Shown: positions 9,901-18,291, counted from the first letter of the stretch. The stretch: DNA of 52,405 nt from Candidatus Woesearchaeota archaeon CG10_big_fil_rev_8_21_14_0_10_33_12 (GCA_002762865.1 PCYE01000017.1:1-52405), one strand, 5' to 3'. Notes: generated by a model not told the origin, from the sequence alone. Numbers and translations: made by a program.

Positions 9901-11177
9901 GCAATATGAATATAACCTATATCAACTGGACAGCAACGATGCCTGCTGGAACAAATATAACACTACAAACAAGAACATCAGCAACAGAAGCTGGCTTAAC
10001 TAATGCAAGCTGGAGTTCTGTCTATATTAATAATTCATTAGTTGAATCTGAGGATTATCAATATATACAATACAGGGCAAATCTCACAACAACAAACACC
10101 TCTGTAACACCAACCTTGCATGATATAACAATTAATTATGTTATATCTGATTTCACAGGCAATGAAAACACAATATATGTCAATTGGGTAGACCTTGATG
10201 ATTATTTTTATGAAGATGATGCAGATGACACAATAACATATGATGTTAGTGGAAACTTATATATAGATATATCCATAGGAACTACCACCCATCAGGTTAT
10301 GCTCACCCCTGTAAGTGACTGGTATGGCTCAGAAACAATATTCTTTACAATGAATGACAGCTATAATACAACAAGAAGCAATGACATAACATTGACATTT
10401 GTGGAATATGAAGGTATAACACCTGGTGCAACAATAATCTATAGTAGTGGCGGAGGAGGGGGATCATCAACAACAATAATCAAGACAAAAAAAGTGGAAG
10501 TAGAAAAACCATATTCATTTAACTTAATCACTCCGCAAACAATGACTATGTACCAAAATGACACAGTAATTGCACCAATAACCTTAAACAATTATGGGGA
10601 GAATACATTAAATGAAATAAGCCTTAGTGCATCTGTTAACAACACTATTATTAAGTTAAGGTTTACAAAAGACTATTTTGCAACAATAGAAAAAAAGAGC
10701 TCTGTTGAAACAAGCCTTATCATAGAAGCATATACTGCCCTTGGTTCTTATGAGGTAGTTGTGTTTGCAAATGTAAAAGACCCGGAGTTTAATGATTCTG
10801 CCAAGTTCCTTATGAGCTCTATAGAGCTTGGCCAATGGAGCCAAAATGAGTTTGACACAAAAATAGCATTCACAAGGGATTTGCTTGAGGAAAATCCAGA
10901 GTGCCTTGAACTGAATGAACAGCTTATAGAAGCGCAAAGATTAATGGAAAAATCTGATTATAAGAGAGCACAGTTGTTAATACAGTCAGTTGTTGATACC
11001 TGCAAATATTTAATAACCACAAAAGAGCCAATAATAGAAGAACCAACCACTGAGAAACCTATTGGAGAAAGAACAAAGATTATTGCAGCAGGCATAGGGA
11101 TATTGTTTATTATAATATTGCTTCTTTATTTAATTGCTCGTAGTGGACCAAAGAGAAGTCATAGAAGAGTGCATTAA
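6978..11177 (+). CDS. 1399-aa giant surface adhesin with cadherin-like / He_PIG-type repeats and C-terminal TM anchor
   Basis: N-terminal helix followed by NPSITGFA. At least 8 repeats of about 95-100 aa (about 7179-9720) with the pattern N(D/N)(P/A)P..(D)PI.NQ...E...F.L.V.A.D.D.D.L.FS.N...F.I...TG.ISFTP....GN..I.I.V.D. GGGGGSS linker. CARDB-like module. Terminal helix IIAAGIGILFIIILLLYLIA plus RSGPKRSHRRVH. Dozens of N-x-S/T sequons. Confidence 0.85.
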   Translation: MKKAKKEINKKQLKSIVTLFLVLSVIYSVALTNQRGVEPFIQGISKGTNNLINFVRNPSITGFATIFANNQPYFDPSPPDYNLTEDVLFEVQLNATDPDNDTIIFTDNSDAPEVNWLVFSMNGTGFISFTPTNDDVGGHTVGISIEDSINDPVTENVIFSVINVNDPPHIVNWTPVSLTPGTTENNSIGFSFEYNATDPDLPYGDILITRWIVDGVIDSITVNETSGSWSFTTGFCEPRNRNITLEVSDTSNETDIVTWNLSITNVNREPAWNGTINNILWEEDNNLINNISLDNYFYDSDYSECGDNPSFSSTGNTNITISIDSSTPHSVSFYPDSDWFGTEEVFFTIDDSYATADSNNLTLNVTNVQDPPEIELIPDQQAYTYVLFSYQVNASDTDNDILTYYDNTTLFNISSITGLISFTPTADNIGNYSINITVGDEIDNASTLMSLSILNNTVPVIDPIANQNVEENTLFELTVNGSDADGDILAFSSNYSKMLNPIWSNATSAKFSFTPLDGDNGNHTILVTVTDARGATDSTTFVLEVIDVNNPPVLDPIGNRIAKINHTFSLKANASDPDNGDTLMFSNNDTALFTIHWSTGMIGFTPDDGDEGNHSVNISVTDDATIPKIDYEVVIFEVTKNRAPVIDPIGNQTATEDSEFNLTVTASDLDEDPLIFSDNASFFDINSSTGFISFIPNASQVGVYQIQINATDSDNATGTATFWLNISEVNDAPYFYPALANQTAIEGILFYYDINATDEEGDTLTFSNNNTALFTIDPNTGVISFTPTNDDVGNYSINISVTDNNSIASSVIILTILNINNAPNIISYTPVNLTPNTAENSSLQFNTTAEDEDLIHGDSLAYTWYLDSVNQSSNHSWLYEPDFAAAGQHNITVIVSDNSNETDSVTWNASVSNTNRLPRFGINTQTTEADFSSGTNSNTNTTVQSGDVILNKQDGTNYYASGTFTSSAIDLLAEGNMNITYINWTATMPAGTNITLQTRTSATEAGLTNASWSSVYINNSLVESEDYQYIQYRANLTTTNTSVTPTLHDITINYVISDFTGNENTIYVNWVDLDDYFYEDDADDTITYDVSGNLYIDISIGTTTHQVMLTPVSDWYGSETIFFTMNDSYNTTRSNDITLTFVEYEGITPGATIIYSSGGGGGSSTTIIKTKKVEVEKPYSFNLITPQTMTMYQNDTVIAPITLNNYGENTLNEISLSASVNNTIIKLRFTKDYFATIEKKSSVETSLIIEAYTALGSYEVVVFANVKDPEFNDSAKFLMSSIELGQWSQNEFDTKIAFTRDLLEENPECLELNEQLIEAQRLMEKSDYKRAQLLIQSVVDTCKYLITTKEPIIEEPTTEKPIGERTKIIAAGIGILFIIILLLYLIARSGPKRSHRRVH

Positions 11178-11899
11178 TCCTTATTAGCAGAAACAATCTC
11201 TGTATACAAGAGGAGGATATCATCATAAACATCTTTTTTATCTTCAACATCTAACTGGTTGTATTTTTCTTTAATCTTTACATACAGCTGCTTGCTCTTT
11301 TGGATTTTATTGTTATCAAGCATATCCAATGCCTTGATGAGCATTCCATGCACTTGCTCTAATTTGCTTTTTCCAAAATGTATTTTAAGTTTTGAGAGTA
11401 TAGGCTGTATTAAGATTAATAAAATATTTTGTTTCTTCCCAGATTCTTTTTTTTGCATTGCTGGTTTATTAATTCTAAGGAATTTTAGTATTTTATCAAG
11501 CCTTGTCTCTTTAACTTTCTGTTCATTAAATGTCAATTTTTCAAATAATTTTAAAAATTCATTTAATAATTTCTTTAACTCTGAATCAGGCAATCTTTCA
11601 TCGCTATATTCAACAACAGACAATTTTTTTAAGAAAAAAATTATTTTTTCTTTCAAATTTTTGTCTATCCTTCTTCTCTCTAACTCATTGCCTAACTCCT
11701 CAAATGTAAATTCATACTTAATCTTGAATAATTCAGCAAAAAAAAGCCTTATAACATGAAAAAATTGTATAAAATTGTCATCTTTATTTTTTTTAGAAAA
11801 ATGTTTTCTGAATGCCCCTATTCTTTTAAGAGTATTATTTTTTACTAGTTCAAGCCTGTCAGGTTTCTTTTTTTTTCTCTTGAAAAGATTTAAATACAT
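11174..11899 (-). CDS. soluble 241-aa protein paralogous to the cytoplasmic tail of the 960-aa adhesin (possible DUF4129-like helical domain)
   Basis: Colinear similarity to residues about 745-950 of ORF 4085..6967: LFKRKKKKPDRLEL vs LFKRKKKIVPEEL; FFAELFKIKYEFTFEELGNELERRRI vs FLNELLKIDYEFTYEEFCKEIEKHKI; LYVKIKEKYNQLDVEDKKDVYDDILLLY vs AYLRIKELYEELPVNKKRKIYKKIAGLY. TTTATATA on the minus strand (11925-11932) lies 25 nt upstream of the ATG. Confidence 0.7.
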   Translation of the reverse strand: MYLNLFKRKKKKPDRLELVKNNTLKRIGAFRKHFSKKNKDDNFIQFFHVIRLFFAELFKIKYEFTFEELGNELERRRIDKNLKEKIIFFLKKLSVVEYSDERLPDSELKKLLNEFLKLFEKLTFNEQKVKETRLDKILKFLRINKPAMQKKESGKKQNILLILIQPILSKLKIHFGKSKLEQVHGMLIKALDMLDNNKIQKSKQLYVKIKEKYNQLDVEDKKDVYDDILLLYTEIVSANKD

Positions 11900-11973
11900 C
11901 TTAGTTTAGATTATTAAATATTCATATATAAATCTATCGTGTAATATTTTACTCTTTTTAAGTAGAACAACAA

Positions 11974-11983
11974 AATATAAATA
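11974..11983 (+). promoter_or_regulatory. TATA-like box (AATATAAATA) for the moxR operon, leaderless geometry
   Basis: Centre lies about 28 nt upstream of ATG 12006. No SD sequence in between. Confidence 0.4.
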
Positions 11984-12005
11984 TTAGGAATTGCTTGATT
12001 AATGT

Positions 12006-12992
12006 ATGGATGAGAAAAAGTTTGCTGAAAAAATAATCAATAACCAGAAACTTATTGATAAAATAAAGAAAGAAATCTCAAATGTAGTTGTTGGCCAAGA
12101 AAAAGTGATTAATGGATTCTTAAGAGCTCTGTTATCAGATGGCCATGTGCTTGTAGAGGGCGTTCCTGGGCTTGCTAAAACACTTATTGTAAGGACATTA
12201 TCTAGTGTTATGGGCTGTGACTTTAGCAGGATTCAGTTCACTCCAGACCTTTTACCAACAGATATAATAGGTATAACAGCTTATGAAAGGGAAAAGGGTT
12301 TTTATGTTCTTAAGGGGCCAATATTCAGCAATTTTATTCTTGCTGATGAGATAAACAGGGCTCCTCCAAAAGTGCAGTCTGCCTTGCTTGAATGCATGCA
12401 GGAAAAACAGGTAACTATTGGGAAAGAAACATTTAATATGCCCCCACCTTTTTTTGTTCTTGCAACACAAAATCCATTGGAGCAGATAGGTGTTTATCCA
12501 CTGCCAGAGGCACAGATTGACAGGTTCTTGTTCAAGATTAACATAAGCTACCCAAACATTAAGGAAGAACAAATTATACTTAATAACAATATAACAATAA
12601 AGAAGTTTGATGATTTCAACTTAAAATCAATGGTATCTCCTGAAAAAATCTTGGAATTGCAGGCAGATGTAAAAAAGATTTACCTCGACAAGAAGATTGA
12701 AAAGTATATTATCCAGATAGTTGATGCAACAAGGAATCCTGATAAGTACAAGATTAAGCTAGGACATTATATAGAATGGGGTGCTTCCCCAAGGGCATCC
12801 ATTGGACTGTTTATTGCATCAAAGGCAGAGGCATTAATGCAGGGAAAAACATTTGTAACACCTCAATATGTAAAAGAGGTTGCATATGATGTTCTAAGGC
12901 ACAGGATTAGTTTAAATTATGAAGCGCAGTCAGAGAACATAAAGATTGAAGATGTAATCTCAGAGATTCTAGCAAGAGTGCCTGTTCCATAA
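12006..12992 (+). CDS. MoxR-family AAA+ ATPase
   Basis: Walker A GVPGLAKT and Walker B ILADEINRAPPKVQSALLECMQE. The FTPDLLPTDIIG and ATQNP...PEAQ(I)DRF motifs are characteristic of MoxR/COG0714. Confidence 0.9.
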   Translation: MDEKKFAEKIINNQKLIDKIKKEISNVVVGQEKVINGFLRALLSDGHVLVEGVPGLAKTLIVRTLSSVMGCDFSRIQFTPDLLPTDIIGITAYEREKGFYVLKGPIFSNFILADEINRAPPKVQSALLECMQEKQVTIGKETFNMPPPFFVLATQNPLEQIGVYPLPEAQIDRFLFKINISYPNIKEEQIILNNNITIKKFDDFNLKSMVSPEKILELQADVKKIYLDKKIEKYIIQIVDATRNPDKYKIKLGHYIEWGASPRASIGLFIASKAEALMQGKTFVTPQYVKEVAYDVLRHRISLNYEAQSENIKIEDVISEILARVPVP

Positions 12993-13006
12993 ATTATATT
13001 TAAAAA

Positions 13007-13894
13007 ATGGAAGAATTAAAGCTAAACTTAAAACCCCTTATTAAAAGATTGGAAGTACATACTAAAAGAGGGCTTACAAGCACTTTAACAGGCTCTTATA
13101 AAAGCACATTTAAAGGCAAGGGTCTTGACTTTGTAGGATACAGACCTTATGATATTGGTGATGACGCTAATATGATTGACTGGAAAGCAACCTTGAGGTC
13201 ACAGGATTTATTAGTTAAGATTCTTGTGGAGGAAAGGAATGTTAATATTGTCTTTTTAGTTGATGTTAGTTCAAGCATGTCTTTTGCATCCATTGATAAG
13301 CTGAAAAATGAGTATGCAGCAGAGCTTGTTGCCTCGTTGAGTTTTGCAGCTATACAGGCAGGTGATTCAGTTGGTTTGGTTATGTTTAATGATAAGATAG
13401 TCAAATTCCTTCCTCCAAATATGGGCAATAAGCAATATTTCATGATAATAAACTCATTGTCTAACCCAAAACTCTATGACGGAAAATTTGATTTTATAAA
13501 GGTGATAAATGATTTGATAAATTCTTTCAAAAAAGGGGCAATAATTGTTATTGTATCGGACTTTATTGGGCTTGGTAAAGATTGGGAAAATTATTTAAGA
13601 GCTGTATCTGAAAAATTTGAAGTAATTGGCATAATGGTTAGAGATCCTAGAGATTATGAAATACCAGCAGATGTTGGCCAGATTGTTATTTCAGACCCTT
13701 ATTCTGACAAAGAGGTATTGATAGATACAGCAAAAATAAAAGATGAATATGAATCTGTTGTTAAAGAGCAAATAAAACATATAAAAGAGACTTTTATAAA
13801 TTCAAAATCAGATTTTTTAGAGTTAAGAACAGATAAGCCTTTCCTAGATTATATAATAAAATTTTTTTTGATGAGGAATAAGAGGCGAATATGA
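13007..13894 (+). CDS. DUF58 family protein (vWA-like, MoxR partner)
   Basis: YRPYDIGDDANMIDWKATLRSQDLLVK signature, then VFLVDVSSSM (MIDAS-like). Lies directly downstream of moxR, the canonical gene order. Confidence 0.85.
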   Translation: MEELKLNLKPLIKRLEVHTKRGLTSTLTGSYKSTFKGKGLDFVGYRPYDIGDDANMIDWKATLRSQDLLVKILVEERNVNIVFLVDVSSSMSFASIDKLKNEYAAELVASLSFAAIQAGDSVGLVMFNDKIVKFLPPNMGNKQYFMIINSLSNPKLYDGKFDFIKVINDLINSFKKGAIIVIVSDFIGLGKDWENYLRAVSEKFEVIGIMVRDPRDYEIPADVGQIVISDPYSDKEVLIDTAKIKDEYESVVKEQIKHIKETFINSKSDFLELRTDKPFLDYIIKFFLMRNKRRI

Positions 13895-14847
13895 TTACAA
13901 TAAACTTTACTAACATTTATTACCTCTGGCTTTTGGTAAGCATACCTCTGCTTATTATAACCCACTTCTTTGTTTTAGGTTACCTTAAGAGAAGGGCAGT
14001 AAAGTTTGCTAATTTTGAAGCTATAAAAAGGGTTACCGGAACAAAATTTGATATAAAAAATACAAGAACAATATCAAAAAATATGTTTTTATTGATTGTA
14101 AGAATTTTTGTTTTATTGCTCCTTATATTCTCTGTAGCAGGCCCTGTCCTGTGGTACAGCGGCCAGGGCAGTGAGTTTGATTTTGTCCTTGCTATAGATG
14201 CTTCAAGTTCAATGTTGGCAGATGATTTTATACCGTACAGGCTTGATGCTGCGAGAAAGGCTTCTTCATTGTTTGTTGAAAGCTTAAAAGCAAGAACAAT
14301 GGTAGGCATTGTTTCTTTTGCAGGAACAAGCTTTGTTGAGCAGGATTTAATAGATAATATGAAAAAGACAGAAGAGGTTATTAATAATATAAGAATTAAG
14401 AGTGTTGGAGGAACTGATATAGGGGGTGCAATAACAACTTCAACAAACCTTTTGTTAAATCAGGAAAACTCAAGGGTTATTATCCTGCTGACAGATGGGC
14501 AGAGTACTGTTGGAACACCTCTCGATGTGGCTATTGAATATGCAAACAAAAATTATGTAACAATTAACACTATAGGCATTGGTACAGAAGAAGGGGGGAC
14601 ATTCATAAAAGGTGACTTGCTTTCAAAACTTGATGAGCCAACATTGATTGAAATAGCTCAAAAAACCGGAGGGAAATACTATAAGGCTGAGAATGAGGAA
14701 GAATTAGCCAATGCTTTTGATGATATCTCCTCCTCTACAGAAGAAAAAATACCTATAGACTTATCAATGGGTTTTATGATGACTGCCCTGGCACTATTGT
14801 TTCTTGAGTGGGGCATGATAAATACAAAATACAGAACATTGCCATAG
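13891..14847 (+). CDS. BatA-like membrane-anchored von Willebrand factor A protein
   Basis: 4-nt start/stop overlap with the DUF58 gene. Two N-terminal TM helices and one C-terminal TM helix. MIDAS motif LAIDASSSM plus GGTDIG and LLTDGQ. Confidence 0.85.
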   Translation: MITINFTNIYYLWLLVSIPLLIITHFFVLGYLKRRAVKFANFEAIKRVTGTKFDIKNTRTISKNMFLLIVRIFVLLLLIFSVAGPVLWYSGQGSEFDFVLAIDASSSMLADDFIPYRLDAARKASSLFVESLKARTMVGIVSFAGTSFVEQDLIDNMKKTEEVINNIRIKSVGGTDIGGAITTSTNLLLNQENSRVIILLTDGQSTVGTPLDVAIEYANKNYVTINTIGIGTEEGGTFIKGDLLSKLDEPTLIEIAQKTGGKYYKAENEEELANAFDDISSSTEEKIPIDLSMGFMMTALALLFLEWGMINTKYRTLP

Positions 14848-14977
14848 TTTTCGTAATTTCTTTAAGTATCCTGAAAATATGCTTATTTTTTTTGAAAAAC
14901 CCATATAAAGAATTATTTCTAACTTTATTGTATAATCTTTTTTAAAAAGAAGATTAAAAAATTTAGGAGGTTAAAAA

Positions 14978-15157
14978 ATGGAATTTAGCGAGAAAAGACT
15001 GGAACAGATAAAGAACATGCCAATAGTTGAGAGCAAGGTTTTAAAGAGTAAGGATGGAAAGTTTGTTATGCACAAGACAGTCATAACAGATATAAAGCCT
15101 GTAAAATACTATGAAGCTGTTCTTGAAAAAGCTCCGGAAGAATTAGCAGAAGAGTAA
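14978..15157 (+). CDS. small 59-aa protein missing from the ORF track (below its length cutoff)
   Basis: AGGAGG (14965-14970) lies 7 nt upstream of ATG 14978. Translation: MEFSEKRLEQIKNMPIVESKVLKSKDGKFVMHKTVITDIKPVKYYEAVLEKAPEELAEE, stop TAA at 15155-15157. It fills an otherwise empty 316-nt gap. Confidence 0.5.
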   Translation: MEFSEKRLEQIKNMPIVESKVLKSKDGKFVMHKTVITDIKPVKYYEAVLEKAPEELAEE

Positions 15158-15163
15158 TTTTTA

Positions 15164-15820
15164 CTAAAAATCTTTTAAGCTCTTTTGTTTCTTTTTTTTA
15201 TTAATATTTTTCCATGAAGCCCACTCTTTCCTGAAAATTTTCGGATAATTATCATAGTTTTTTTTCAGAAAATCTATTGTGACAGGATCAGAGGGATATC
15301 CAGAGCCAATTGGCTCTTTTATTTTCTTTTGTATTTCTTTTATTTCTTTATCTCTTGTAACCTTTGCAATTATTGATGCTGCTGACACAACAGCATATTT
15401 AAAATCTGCTTTATGCTCTACAACAAGCTCTGTTTTTATGTTTTTCAAATACCCTTTTAAAAAATTTTTATATGCCGGGATATTGTTGCTAGGGCAGTCA
15501 ACTATTGCTTTTTCTGGCTTTAAAGAGTTTATAATCTCTGCAGACTTAATAGCCTCTAACCAGTTAAGGTTAAGGCTTTCTGACTTAAGGGCAGAATCTA
15601 TCTCTTCTGGCTGGATTATTATTGATTTATATCCCTTTATAGTATTGATTATTTTATCAAACATTTCTTCCCTTTGCTTTGGGCTCAGCAGCTTGGAATC
15701 CTTTACCCCTAATTTTTTTAGTTTATAAAGATCTTTTTCATCTATAGATACCCCTGCTATAACCAATGGCCCAATAACAGGGCCCCTGCCTGCTTCATCA
15801 ATGCCTAATATCAACACCAT
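15164..15820 (-). CDS. rnhB: ribonuclease HII
   Basis: N-terminal GIDEAGRGPVIGPLVIAGV catalytic motif. The later DSK and SAASIIAK motifs and the 218-aa length are typical of archaeal RNase HII. Confidence 0.9.
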   Translation of the reverse strand: MVLILGIDEAGRGPVIGPLVIAGVSIDEKDLYKLKKLGVKDSKLLSPKQREEMFDKIINTIKGYKSIIIQPEEIDSALKSESLNLNWLEAIKSAEIINSLKPEKAIVDCPSNNIPAYKNFLKGYLKNIKTELVVEHKADFKYAVVSAASIIAKVTRDKEIKEIQKKIKEPIGSGYPSDPVTIDFLKKNYDNYPKIFRKEWASWKNINKKKKQKSLKDF

Positions 15821-15882
15821 AAAAATTAAAGAATAATAGACTTATTTAAATGTTGCGTGAAAAATAAAAAAATAAAAAAGAT

Positions 15883-16704
15883 TTATGCCTTAATCATTTT
15901 AAGCGCAGGGACCATATCTTTCCATGCAAGCTCAAATAAGTTCTCCAGGGCGGATGCAAAGAATGGAGTGTTTACCCAAATTCCAACATCATATGTTGGA
16001 TGCACTTCTTTATCATCTAGAACCATAAAAATTAATTCTTTGCCGTCAATAACTATAAATCTTGCATTTAGCTTTTCAATATGCCTTATTTCTGCAATTC
16101 CATTTAAGTCATTAACAGCTGCCTTACACTCTTTTGTTATTGGTGCTGCAATTCTTATTTTAACGCCCCTCTTCTTTACCTTTTCAAGGGTTCCTTTGAG
16201 AGATTCCACCTTTCTTATCAAGCCAGATGTTGTTGTTACTATTGTAACTGTTTTCTCAGCACCCCTTATTGTAAAATCAAGGTGATTGTAAAGGTTATGA
16301 CGCCCCCTTAGGGAACCTGAGAGATCACTTGGCTCAACCAGCTCAACTCCTTGCGTAAAAAGTGTTTTTAGCTCACCCAAGACCTCTGTTTTTTTCAACT
16401 CTTCTAATCTTTTTACCTTGGTTTCTGCATCTACCCTCATATTTTTCTTAGCCCTTTCAACAACCTCTTCAGGTGGAACTGCCAGGTATTTTATTGGCTT
16501 TCCAAACTTCATAACAACAAATCCCTTCTTCTCCAGTGACTCAAGAACATCATAGCTTCTTGATCTTGGGACATTTGCTATATCACTCAGCTCGCCAGCT
16601 GTTGAAACTCCTCTTGATAAAAGAGCTGTCCATATCTTTACTTCGTAAAGGTTTAGAGAAAAATACAGCCTTAGTTTGCTCAAAAATTCTTCCTTGACTA
16701 TCAT
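15883..16704 (-). CDS. TrmB-family transcriptional regulator (wHTH plus C-terminal effector domain)
   Basis: LNLYEVKIWTALLSRGVSTAGELSDIANVPRSRSYDVLESLEKKGFV is a classic TrmB wHTH. I prefer ATG 16704 (GGGAGGG SD 7-8 nt upstream) over the track's GTG at 16713. Confidence 0.8.
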   Translation of the reverse strand: MIVKEEFLSKLRLYFSLNLYEVKIWTALLSRGVSTAGELSDIANVPRSRSYDVLESLEKKGFVVMKFGKPIKYLAVPPEEVVERAKKNMRVDAETKVKRLEELKKTEVLGELKTLFTQGVELVEPSDLSGSLRGRHNLYNHLDFTIRGAEKTVTIVTTTSGLIRKVESLKGTLEKVKKRGVKIRIAAPITKECKAAVNDLNGIAEIRHIEKLNARFIVIDGKELIFMVLDDKEVHPTYDVGIWVNTPFFASALENLFELAWKDMVPALKMIKA

Positions 16705-17050
16705 TGGTTTCACCCTCCCTCTTTTATTTTTTTAATATTAACTACTATTAACATATTCTGTTTTTTTAACATTTAATAGTTATTATTTTGCATATGTAAC
16801 TACACAGTCAAAAAATATAATGATTACGATGTAGAACTATTATTTAAATGTTATCTTTTTTTAGGCAATAACTGAAGTTAGTAATTGCAATTATTTGTTT
16901 GAAAGTATTTTTGTTTAAAATTTTGTGTTTTGGGAATTGGCAAAATAGATTGTATCAACTTAAATATGTTTTGTAGGTTTTACTTAAAAACAATTTATAA
17001 ACCAGAATGATTTTGCTCACTTAAGTTGACAGCACCGACAAAACAATACA

Positions 17051-17058
17051 TTTATAAA
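17051..17058 (+). promoter_or_regulatory. TATA box (TTTATAAA) for the 17083/17444 pair, leaderless geometry
   Basis: TTTATAAATA starts at 17051, about 25-28 nt upstream of ATG 17083. No SD sequence. Confidence 0.4.
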
Positions 17059-17082
17059 TAAGTTACGCTTAGAATAAAAATA

Positions 17083-17442
17083 ATGGGTTCTAAAAAAGAG
17101 GAATTGGATTTTGAAAAAGAAGAAATGATGGATAGGTTTCAAATACTCCCTAAACGAAGACTTGCTGAAGTTGAAAAACAATTAATATTTATCCTTATTG
17201 AAAAATCAAAGATTCAAAGGGAACGCTCTATGGCTCTTCTCAATAAAGGGTTCTTGATTTTCATCACATTTATAATAATTACTTATTTAAGCAAAACCAA
17301 CAACATATTGCCTCAAATTTATATCAATATCCTCTTTATTTTTGGCATAATTGTATTGATTGCAGTTGTTGTAACTTACCAAAATACGCTATCCAAAGAG
17401 GAGAAAACTTTGGATAACCTCTTAAATAGTTTTTTAAAATAA
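17083..17442 (+). CDS. small two-TM membrane protein (119 aa)
   Basis: Charged N-terminus, then two hydrophobic helices (FLIFITFIIITYL and INILFIFGIIVLIAVVV). Its stop is 1 nt before the start of the KaiC-like gene. Confidence 0.55.
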   Translation: MGSKKEELDFEKEEMMDRFQILPKRRLAEVEKQLIFILIEKSKIQRERSMALLNKGFLIFITFIIITYLSKTNNILPQIYINILFIFGIIVLIAVVVTYQNTLSKEEKTLDNLLNSFLK

Positions 17443-17443
17443 A

Positions 17444-18136
17444 ATGGTGAAAAGAATAAAGACAGGAATACCTGGATTGGATAAAGTAATGGAGGGTGGA
17501 TTAGTTGATAATTCAGTAAACCTTCTTTCCGGGGGTACAGGTACAGGAAAAAGTATTTTTAGTTTGCAGTTCTTATTCAACGGAGCAAAGCAGTTCAATG
17601 AAAAGGGATTGTACATCTCATTGGAAGAACCAGAGGAGAGTCTTAAAGCAGATGTTGAAAAACTTGGTATGGATTTCAAAAAAGTTTCTAAGAATGTCAA
17701 ATTTATGTACATGCCTCCTTATGGGATAACTAATTTCTTAGATCCTCTTAGGGAACAGATAGAAAAATTTAAACCAGATAGGATTGTTATTGATTCTTTA
17801 ACAGCCCTTGTAATGCCACTGGAAGATGACTTTGAAAGAAAAAAAGAAATTGTTAATATTATTAAACTTCTAAAAAGGTTGAAATGCACTTCAATATTAG
17901 TATCAGAGATACCAAGCAATGGAAACATTGATTCTGATTCTGTTGGAGGATTTTCAAGGTTTGGTATAGAGGAATTTTTGTGTGATAGTCTCATAATATT
18001 ACACTATGCTGGAATAGGTGGTGAATCAGATAGAGCAATAAGAATCATAAAAATGAGACAAACAAACCATGTTAGGGGACCTATTCCAATGTCTATTGGA
18101 AAGTCAGGTATAAGTGTTCTAAAAACAAAGTATTAA
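17444..18136 (+). CDS. single-domain KaiC/RecA-superfamily ATPase (COG0467-like)
   Basis: GIPGLDKVMEGGL, Walker A SGGTGTGKS, Walker B PDRIVIDSL, and C-terminal IIKMRQTNH, all typical of archaeal KaiC-like proteins. Confidence 0.8.
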   Translation: MVKRIKTGIPGLDKVMEGGLVDNSVNLLSGGTGTGKSIFSLQFLFNGAKQFNEKGLYISLEEPEESLKADVEKLGMDFKKVSKNVKFMYMPPYGITNFLDPLREQIEKFKPDRIVIDSLTALVMPLEDDFERKKEIVNIIKLLKRLKCTSILVSEIPSNGNIDSDSVGGFSRFGIEEFLCDSLIILHYAGIGGESDRAIRIIKMRQTNHVRGPIPMSIGKSGISVLKTKY

Positions 18137-18262
18137 AATTCAAGTTCTATTATTTAAAATTCATCATTAAAGGATTTTTCTGTAATATCTTTCTTAAATT
18201 TTTAATATGTTGTAAAAAATATGAAGATTAATTAAAACATGTTGGAAAAAATAAAGAAACCT

Positions 18263-18270
18263 TTTTATAT
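18263..18270 (+). promoter_or_regulatory. TATA box (TTTTATAT) for the V4R-FIST-LuxE-LuxC string, leaderless geometry
   Basis: Centre lies about 25 nt upstream of ATG 18292. No SD sequence in between. Confidence 0.4.
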
Positions 18271-18291
18271 GCTTACATATCACAGTAGTAA

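Noticed and set aside
7391-10937. Several 62-156-aa minus-strand ORFs inside the 1399-aa adhesin gene (7391..7861, 8270..8458, 8459..8779, 9611..9847, 10656..10937)
   Set aside because: All are antisense shadows of a long repeat-bearing gene. None has RBS or TATA support or recognisable motifs.
11259-11759. 166-aa plus-strand ORF opposite the 241-aa gene
   Set aside because: The minus-strand product is homologous to the adhesin tail and has a proper TATA-to-ATG geometry. The plus-strand product is a low-complexity Ser/Phe/Leu-rich sequence.
15279-16285. Plus-strand ORFs 15279..15728 and 15857..16285
   Set aside because: They are antisense to rnhB and trmB respectively, both of which carry unmistakable family motifs.
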